From the NCBI GenBank assembly GCA_965197585.1, contig OZ240215.1, forward strand, positions 2,592,001-2,656,000: a DNA stretch of 64,000 nt. Direction: 5' to 3'. Below, piece by piece: positions 58,328-64,000 of this stretch. How positions within the stretch are numbered: the stretch's first letter is position 1; each line of letters starts with the position of its first letter. Made by a program: the position numbers and the translations under genes. Below the pieces are notes generated by a model. The model was given only the letters and a program-made list of their open reading frames with translations. It was not told the origin of the DNA and ran no database searches. Source of the stretch: Dehalococcoidia bacterium. Lineage in GTDB: Bacteria > Chloroflexota > Dehalococcoidia > Plut-88900.

Positions 58328-60583
58328 TTGAAACGTGTATTTGAAAAACTCACCCGGTCCATCCCCCGAGCTGACAAGCAAAAGCCCGGCCTGGGCAAGC
58401 CATCGCCTGTGCACCCGCCCAAGCCACCCGTCCCCCTGCCGGCGTTCTACATGCTGTCCCACCTGGAGGAGGACGGGCCCGTTCGGCTGGACGGTGTCAA
58501 GCTGGGCGTCTGCGAGGTGATGGGCTTGGAACTGGACGAGCCGAGACTCGGCTCCTTCGCGGGGGCGCTGAACGCCCTGGACTTCCCGGTGCAACTACTC
58601 GTCAGGCAGCACCCGCCGGTGCTGGACAGCTTGAGGGAGACCCTCAGGAAGGCCCAGCCCGAAGACCTGCCGCCGAAGACCGAACAAGCCGCCGAGTCCC
58701 TCCGGGGTTTGCTCAGGGACCTCGAGACCCGGGAGGGGGTGCTGGACCGGCGGTTCTACGTAGTCTGCAAACACGACCGGGCCGACGACTTGGCATCCCT
58801 ACTCTCGCGGGTCGGCCTGAGCGTCCAACCCCTCAGTGGCCGGACCCTCAGGATGTTCATGCTGGCTTGTACCCTGGGCGGGTCGCCGCGGGACATAAAC
58901 GAGGACGAGCCGGTGGAGGTGGAGGTCAACCGCCGGGACCTGCGCATCGGCCCCGGGCTCACCCGCTCCCTCCACCTGAGCCGCTGGCCCCGCACCCTTG
59001 TTCCCGGGTTCCTCCAGGCCCTCATGAACTCGGGCATCACCATGGACATATCCGTCCACCTGGCCCCCATCACGGCAGACCAGGCGGCCCGCACACTGGA
59101 GTGGCAGAAGGTGCGCTTCGAATCGGCCCGCTCCATGTCCTTCCGCAAGGGCCGCAGCCTCTCCCCCGAGGCGGAGATAGCCCTGGAGGACGTCACCCGC
59201 CTCAGAGACGACGTTCAGCGGGGCCGGGAGCGTCTCTTCCACTCTTCCCTTTCCCTGACTCTTCATGCAGACGATCACAAGAGCTTGAAGGAGATGACCC
59301 AGAGGACCAGGGCCCACTTTGCCGCCACGTTGGGCAAGCTGGACGTCCTCCCCTTCCGCCAGAGGGAGGGGCTCCTGTCGACCCTGCCCCTGAATATCAA
59401 CTCCGTGGCCCTGTGGAGAACCCTGGACACCTCCTCCCTGGCGCGGCTGTTTCCCTTCTCTCCTCCCGACATGGACACCCGCAGCGGCACCCTCTATGGC
59501 CTGGACCTCAGGGCCCGGGCGCCCATCGTCTACGACCCCTGGGACGGCACACACCTGAACGCCAATACCGCTGTCCTGGCCCGCTCGGGCAGCGGAAAAT
59601 CCTTCGCCACCAAGCTGGGGGTGCTCCGCAGCCTCTGCCGGGGCATCACCGCCTACGTCATAGACCCCGAAGGAGAGTACGCCGACATGGCCAGGGCCGC
59701 GGGGGGCAGGGTGCTGTCGCCGGGCGTACCGGGCCAGGGGATGAACCCCTTCGTCATGGACCGGAGGGACTCGGAGGAGCTGCTGCAGCGCATCGGCAGC
59801 CTGAGGAGGCTGATAGAGGTCATGGTGGGGGAGAAGCTCGGCGCGGAGCGGCGTGCAGACCTGGACCACGCCCTGGCCGGCTACTACGCCGAGGCCAGGG
59901 AGCGCACCGGGTTCCGGGACTTCTACGGCTACCTGCAGAGCGGGGAGAACGACGAGGCCGATCTCGATTCGGGGCAGGCCCTGGCCAGGCTGCTGAGGCC
60001 CTTCGCCACGGGTAGCCTCCGCCATCTCCTGTCCGATGAGGGCGACGACCTGCTCCACAACGAGGCCCTCGTCACTGTATTCGACCTGAGGTTGCTGGAG
60101 CCGGAGCTGAGGCCCGCCGCCGCCATGGTCTGCACCGAGACGGTGTGGGCGTCCGCCGCACGGGACCCCAAGCCGAGGCTGCTGGTGGTGGACGAGGTGT
60201 GGAGCATCATGCAGCACCCCGAAGGAGCGGCCTTCATGGTCTCCATGGCCAAGAGGGCCCGCAAACACCGGCTCGGGTTGCAGTTCATCACCCAGGACGT
60301 CCAGGACCTGCTCAGCGAGGACACCTCCCGCACCATCACCGGCCACTCGGGACGGGCGCTATTGCAGAACGCCGCCTTCAAGCTGCTGCTCCAGCAGGAC
60401 GCCGCCGCCATCTCCACCGTGGGGGAGGCCTTCGACCTGCCCCAGGACCTGCAGAAATGGCTTCTGTCCTGTCCACGAGGTGACGGCCTCCTGCTGGCCA
60501 GGGGCAACCGGTTCCCGGTGCGCATCGAGGCCACGCCGGAGGAGACGGACATCATCGAGTGGAGGCCAGGACGCCACAGGTAG
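58328..60583 (+). CDS. virB4: VirB4-like conjugation ATPase
   Basis: ARSGSGKS, IDPEGEY, VVDEVW, KRARKH and ITQDV. Confidence 0.92.
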   Translation: MKRVFEKLTRSIPRADKQKPGLGKPSPVHPPKPPVPLPAFYMLSHLEEDGPVRLDGVKLGVCEVMGLELDEPRLGSFAGALNALDFPVQLLVRQHPPVLDSLRETLRKAQPEDLPPKTEQAAESLRGLLRDLETREGVLDRRFYVVCKHDRADDLASLLSRVGLSVQPLSGRTLRMFMLACTLGGSPRDINEDEPVEVEVNRRDLRIGPGLTRSLHLSRWPRTLVPGFLQALMNSGITMDISVHLAPITADQAARTLEWQKVRFESARSMSFRKGRSLSPEAEIALEDVTRLRDDVQRGRERLFHSSLSLTLHADDHKSLKEMTQRTRAHFAATLGKLDVLPFRQREGLLSTLPLNINSVALWRTLDTSSLARLFPFSPPDMDTRSGTLYGLDLRARAPIVYDPWDGTHLNANTAVLARSGSGKSFATKLGVLRSLCRGITAYVIDPEGEYADMARAAGGRVLSPGVPGQGMNPFVMDRRDSEELLQRIGSLRRLIEVMVGEKLGAERRADLDHALAGYYAEARERTGFRDFYGYLQSGENDEADLDSGQALARLLRPFATGSLRHLLSDEGDDLLHNEALVTVFDLRLLEPELRPAAAMVCTETVWASAARDPKPRLLVVDEVWSIMQHPEGAAFMVSMAKRARKHRLGLQFITQDVQDLLSEDTSRTITGHSGRALLQNAAFKLLLQQDAAAISTVGEAFDLPQDLQKWLLSCPRGDGLLLARGNRFPVRIEATPEETDIIEWRPGRHR

Positions 60584-60630
60584 AGCGAGGTCGTTTAGAC
60601 ACAGTTCTCAAGAGAAGAGGGGAAGACATA

Positions 60631-63210
60631 ATGAGATTGAACCCGTTGAAAATACTGTCCAACAAGTCGCGTTCCAAGCCGCCGGTGCTGCTGGCGGTGA
60701 CGCCTCCCCGCACCGGGGAGCGCACCCTGCTGGGGGTGGAGAACATGCTCTCCTCCATTGCCGTCCCCGAGCCCTTCTCCCTGGAGTTGGCCGGGGACGC
60801 CCACGGGGTCACCCTCATGGCCCGCTGCCTCGACGGCAAGGTGGTCCGCGGGCAGATCGCCGCCCACTATCCCCAGGCCCTCATCCACGAAGTTCCCCGG
60901 GAGGATGACCCGCTGCACCTGAAGGAGGGAGAACAGGCCTGGGGCCTGACCCTGCGGTCCTCGGGCCCCGAGCACGTCCCGTTGCGGGTCTTCCGGGACG
61001 ACGACCTCCTGGACCCCGGCTCCGACCCCCTCATCGCCCTGCTGGGTGCAATGACCAATCTAAACGATGACGAACGGGTGGTCTCCCGCCTCCTGCTCCG
61101 CTCCCTGGGCCCCGACTGGTCGCGGCACCACATGGAGTTGGCTCACGGCAGGCCCGGGCCTGTCCCACAAACTCCTCAGACCGGGGCCCAGCAGACCAAT
61201 GGCAAGGCCATGGCCGCCCTGGGCATCGGTGCTCTTGCCGCCTTCCAGGGCTACACCTGGGTGCAGACCGGAGAGGCGTGGAAGACCGTGCTGTTGGGCC
61301 TGGGCATTGCTCTCGCCCTGGCTGCGGGCGGCTGGGCCTGGCACCGTTGGAAGGCTTCCCGGTCCCGCGTCCACGACCCCCTGCTCATCAGGGAGAAGGT
61401 ATCCCGAATCGCCTTCGACGCCGAGATACAGGTGGTTGCCGTCCTTCCCCGGGAGGGCCGTATCCAGCGGGCCGGTGAGCTGCTGGAGCCGGTGGCCGCC
61501 GCCTACCGGCACTACGACAACCCCGGCGGAGCCCGCCTCAGGGTGAGCAGGGTGAGACCCGTGCTGCCCGACCCGTCTATGATGCAGCCCTCGGGCCCCG
61601 GACTGTTCGGCGCCCGGAGCGTTATCGGCGTTCGCGAAGCCGCCTGCCTGTGGCACCCGCCGGGGGCGCGGGACGAGACGCCCCTGGTGGCCAGGGCGGG
61701 GGCGAAAGTGCTGCTTCCAACTTCGCGAAACGTGAGGGCAGGCGCCCACGTCGGCGACACCGTGACCGGTGCCCCCCGGAAGATCCACTTCCCCGACGAC
61801 CTTCTGAGGAGACACCACCTCTACGTGGCCCGCACCCGCATGGGAAAGTCCACCCTCATGCACCACATCGTCTGCCACAAGATGCGCGAAAAGGCCCAGG
61901 GCAGGGACGGAGACGCCATCGTCGTCGTCGACCCCCACGCCGACCTGGTGGGCGGCCTGCTGGAGCACGTACCCGAGAACCTGGTGGACCGAGTGAGGCT
62001 CATCGACCTGGCGGACGAGCGGGGAGCGCCCGGGATCAACCTGCTGGACACCCGCGTCTTCGCCGACCGGGACCGCACCGCCGACTCTGTGGTGCGCGTG
62101 GCGAAGGGGCTGTGGCAGCAGTGGGGGCCGAGGATGCAGTCCATCCTGGAGCAGACCGTCAAGAGTCTCCACGAGGCCAACGAGCGGACCGACGCCGATG
62201 AGCAGTACACCATCCTCGACGGGCTCAAGCTGCTGTCCGACCAGGAATTCCGCAGCAAGGTCTTGGCCAAGGTGGACGACCCCTACCTTATGGAGTGGTG
62301 GGGCAGGGACTTCGGCAAGTGGCGGCACGAGACCCGGGCCGACGCCCTGGCCCCCGTCCAGACCCGTCTCTCCTACTACGCATCCTCCAAGCGGGCACGG
62401 GCCGTCCTCGGCCAGTCCCGCTCCACCGTCGACCTGCGCCGGACGATCCATGATGGCGGCATCCTGCTGGTCTCCACCGCCCAGGGAAGCGTCGGCAGGG
62501 ACGTTGCCGCCCTGGTCGGCGCCTCCCTGCTCAACCTTGTGGACGCCGTTATACGGGAGCAGGGCGGGCTGCCCTTCGAGAAGCGGCGGGGCGCTCTCGT
62601 GGTGGTGGACGAGATGCAGTCGATGCCGGGGGTGGACTACGAGTCGATGCTGTCGGAGCTGGGCAAGTTCGGCGCCTCCTTCATCCTCGCCACCCAGAGC
62701 CTCGCCAAGCTCGACGACCTCTCCCGCACCATGTGCGACACCATTCTCGCCAACGTGGGCTGCCTGGCCGTCTTCCAGGTGTCCGGGTCGGATGCCCGCC
62801 ACCTGGTCTGGGAGCTGGGCAAGGAGCGGGTTACCGAGGACGACATCACGTCGCTGCCGGTGCACCAGTGCTACGTCAGGGCCACCGTGGGAACGGAGCG
62901 GATGGACGCGTTCTCGATGAAGGTCAGGAAGCCTGAGCCGGGAGACGCCGCCGTCGCCGGGCGCATCCGTACCGAGGCGGAGAGCTACATCACGACGGCC
63001 AGCGACATGGCCGAGAGGGAGGCGGGGCTGCAGGACCTGGTGGAGAAGTACCGGCGGGAGCTGGAGGAGTTGAGGAACGGCCAGGAAACCGAGGTGGTGG
63101 GCGGGGCCGGGCAGTCCCAGGATGCGGCGCGACGCAAGCAGCGGACCAAGCGCGACCAGGGCCCCGGGGCCGAGCCGTCGCTCGAACCGGTAGAGGAGCG
63201 TGAAGAATGA
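60631..63210 (+). CDS. virD4: VirD4/TraG-like type IV coupling protein
   Basis: Two TMs, ARTRMGKS, VDPHAD, VDEMQ, ATQSL and ILANVG. Confidence 0.88.
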   Translation: MRLNPLKILSNKSRSKPPVLLAVTPPRTGERTLLGVENMLSSIAVPEPFSLELAGDAHGVTLMARCLDGKVVRGQIAAHYPQALIHEVPREDDPLHLKEGEQAWGLTLRSSGPEHVPLRVFRDDDLLDPGSDPLIALLGAMTNLNDDERVVSRLLLRSLGPDWSRHHMELAHGRPGPVPQTPQTGAQQTNGKAMAALGIGALAAFQGYTWVQTGEAWKTVLLGLGIALALAAGGWAWHRWKASRSRVHDPLLIREKVSRIAFDAEIQVVAVLPREGRIQRAGELLEPVAAAYRHYDNPGGARLRVSRVRPVLPDPSMMQPSGPGLFGARSVIGVREAACLWHPPGARDETPLVARAGAKVLLPTSRNVRAGAHVGDTVTGAPRKIHFPDDLLRRHHLYVARTRMGKSTLMHHIVCHKMREKAQGRDGDAIVVVDPHADLVGGLLEHVPENLVDRVRLIDLADERGAPGINLLDTRVFADRDRTADSVVRVAKGLWQQWGPRMQSILEQTVKSLHEANERTDADEQYTILDGLKLLSDQEFRSKVLAKVDDPYLMEWWGRDFGKWRHETRADALAPVQTRLSYYASSKRARAVLGQSRSTVDLRRTIHDGGILLVSTAQGSVGRDVAALVGASLLNLVDAVIREQGGLPFEKRRGALVVVDEMQSMPGVDYESMLSELGKFGASFILATQSLAKLDDLSRTMCDTILANVGCLAVFQVSGSDARHLVWELGKERVTEDDITSLPVHQCYVRATVGTERMDAFSMKVRKPEPGDAAVAGRIRTEAESYITTASDMAEREAGLQDLVEKYRRELEELRNGQETEVVGGAGQSQDAARRKQRTKRDQGPGAEPSLEPVEEREE

Positions 63211-64000
63211 GACCCGTGGACGGGGAGATGCTGCGGCTGATGGCCGACATGCCCTTCCTCGACCGGCTGGAGGCGGTTGCCGTCTCCGGCTGGTCCAGGG
63301 GTGCGGTCTACGAGGCCGTCCACGGGTTGGAGGACGCGGGATTCATCGCCTCCGTCCCCCACGGGACCGAGCTGGTCCCCCCGACCCGCCGGTTCCACCT
63401 CACCACCGCCGGGCTGCGGTACATTGCGAAGGACGGGAATACGGCCCTGGAGGACCTGCTACGCGACCGGCCCGTCTCGGCCCGGTGGCGGCGCGTCCTG
63501 CTGGAACGGCTCGACGCCGTGGCCGTCATCTACCGCCTCGCCTCAACCATATCGAACATTGCCTATCCCATTCGCTTTCGATGGTACCGCGCCATGCCGA
63601 TGGACGCCGCCATAACCCTTCCCGGAGACAGCACCGTCGGCATCGTCCGGCAGGGAGCCGCCACCGACAGGACCGGGTTCTCCAAGCGGCTCTGGCGGCT
63701 CAGGCAGGGGCCGCTCCCCGGGGTAGTCCTTCTTCTCATGCCCGACGAGGTGCGGTTGCGCCACGCCCGAAGGCTTCTCTCCCACTCCCGCGTTGCAGCA
63801 CTCTTCGCGCTGGAGAGCGAGGCGGCGTCCGCCGCCACCGGCGACCCCGTGTGGCGGTTGGGCTCCGTCAATGCTCCCGTTAGCCTGCGGGATGCAATCG
63901 ACCGGTTGGAGCGCAGGGGTGCTCTCCCCGCGGAGCGGCCTCTGGTGCGGGGGGCCTCCTTGCCCCCGGACATCGACCATCAAGCCCCGGGTGGGGACGT
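63207..64000 (+). CDS. Probable replication-relaxation (MOBC-like) relaxase, 5' part
   Basis: Manual translation from an ATGA-coupled start: MRPVDGEMLRLMADMPFLDRLE...RRFHLTTAGL (wHTH) then MPMDAAITL; directly follows the coupling protein. Not in the ORF track. Confidence 0.6.
   Translation, partial: MRPVDGEMLRLMADMPFLDRLEAVAVSGWSRGAVYEAVHGLEDAGFIASVPHGTELVPPTRRFHLTTAGLRYIAKDGNTALEDLLRDRPVSARWRRVLLERLDAVAVIYRLASTISNIAYPIRFRWYRAMPMDAAITLPGDSTVGIVRQGAATDRTGFSKRLWRLRQGPLPGVVLLLMPDEVRLRHARRLLSHSRVAALFALESEAASAATGDPVWRLGSVNAPVSLRDAIDRLERRGALPAERPLVRGASLPPDIDHQAPGGD

Larger units (their letters stand above)
38017..64000. mobile_element. Conjugative element (ICE-like) backbone; boundaries and integrase not visible, cargo probably extends leftward
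   Basis: VirB4, VirD4, VirB6-like, pilins, PrgI-like and relaxase-like genes divergent from a primase/SSB/RadC/methylase/helicase/PRTRC operon. Confidence 0.85.

Noticed and set aside
56658-62865. Long minus-strand ORFs (375-601 aa)
   Set aside because: High-GC antisense shadows of T4SS genes with no recognisable motifs.
63200-63883. 227-aa ORF from the track
   Set aside because: Wrong frame; the ATGA-coupled frame from 63207 gives a sensible wHTH protein running to the window edge.

Overview
GC-rich bacterial accessory region; the protein families resemble Chloroflexota/Dehalococcoidia-like host-associated genomes (impression only). Left edge (1-2.8 kb): a C5-cytosine methyltransferase coupled to a MIG/MutY-type glycosylase, a decayed tyrosine recombinase and a structured non-coding element. 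3-22.5 kb: a surface/sensing cargo block with a duplicated cadherin adhesin, an intact and a deleted copy of a GAF-PAS-HK-REC-wHTH hybrid regulator, three tandem variable secreted paralogs, two Cache lipoproteins and several pseudogenes. 22.6-37.5 kb: a less GC-rich defence island with type III CBASS (CD-NTase, HORMA, TRIP13, TIR-SAVED), a CapH/CapP-like regulator pair, and a type III R-M locus (res-vapC-mod) followed by a RelE-like/UvrD fusion. 38-64 kb: a conjugative element backbone with a PRTRC ubiquitin-like cassette, helicase, methylase, RadC, SSB, Rad52-like annealase, primase, a Gram-positive-type T4SS and a probable relaxase. Best candidate for a new system: the type III restriction subunit ends in a VapB-antitoxin-like tail directly upstream of an otherwise orphan VapC toxin, which suggests a toxin guarded by the restriction enzyme. 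All family calls come from motif recognition; no searches were run.
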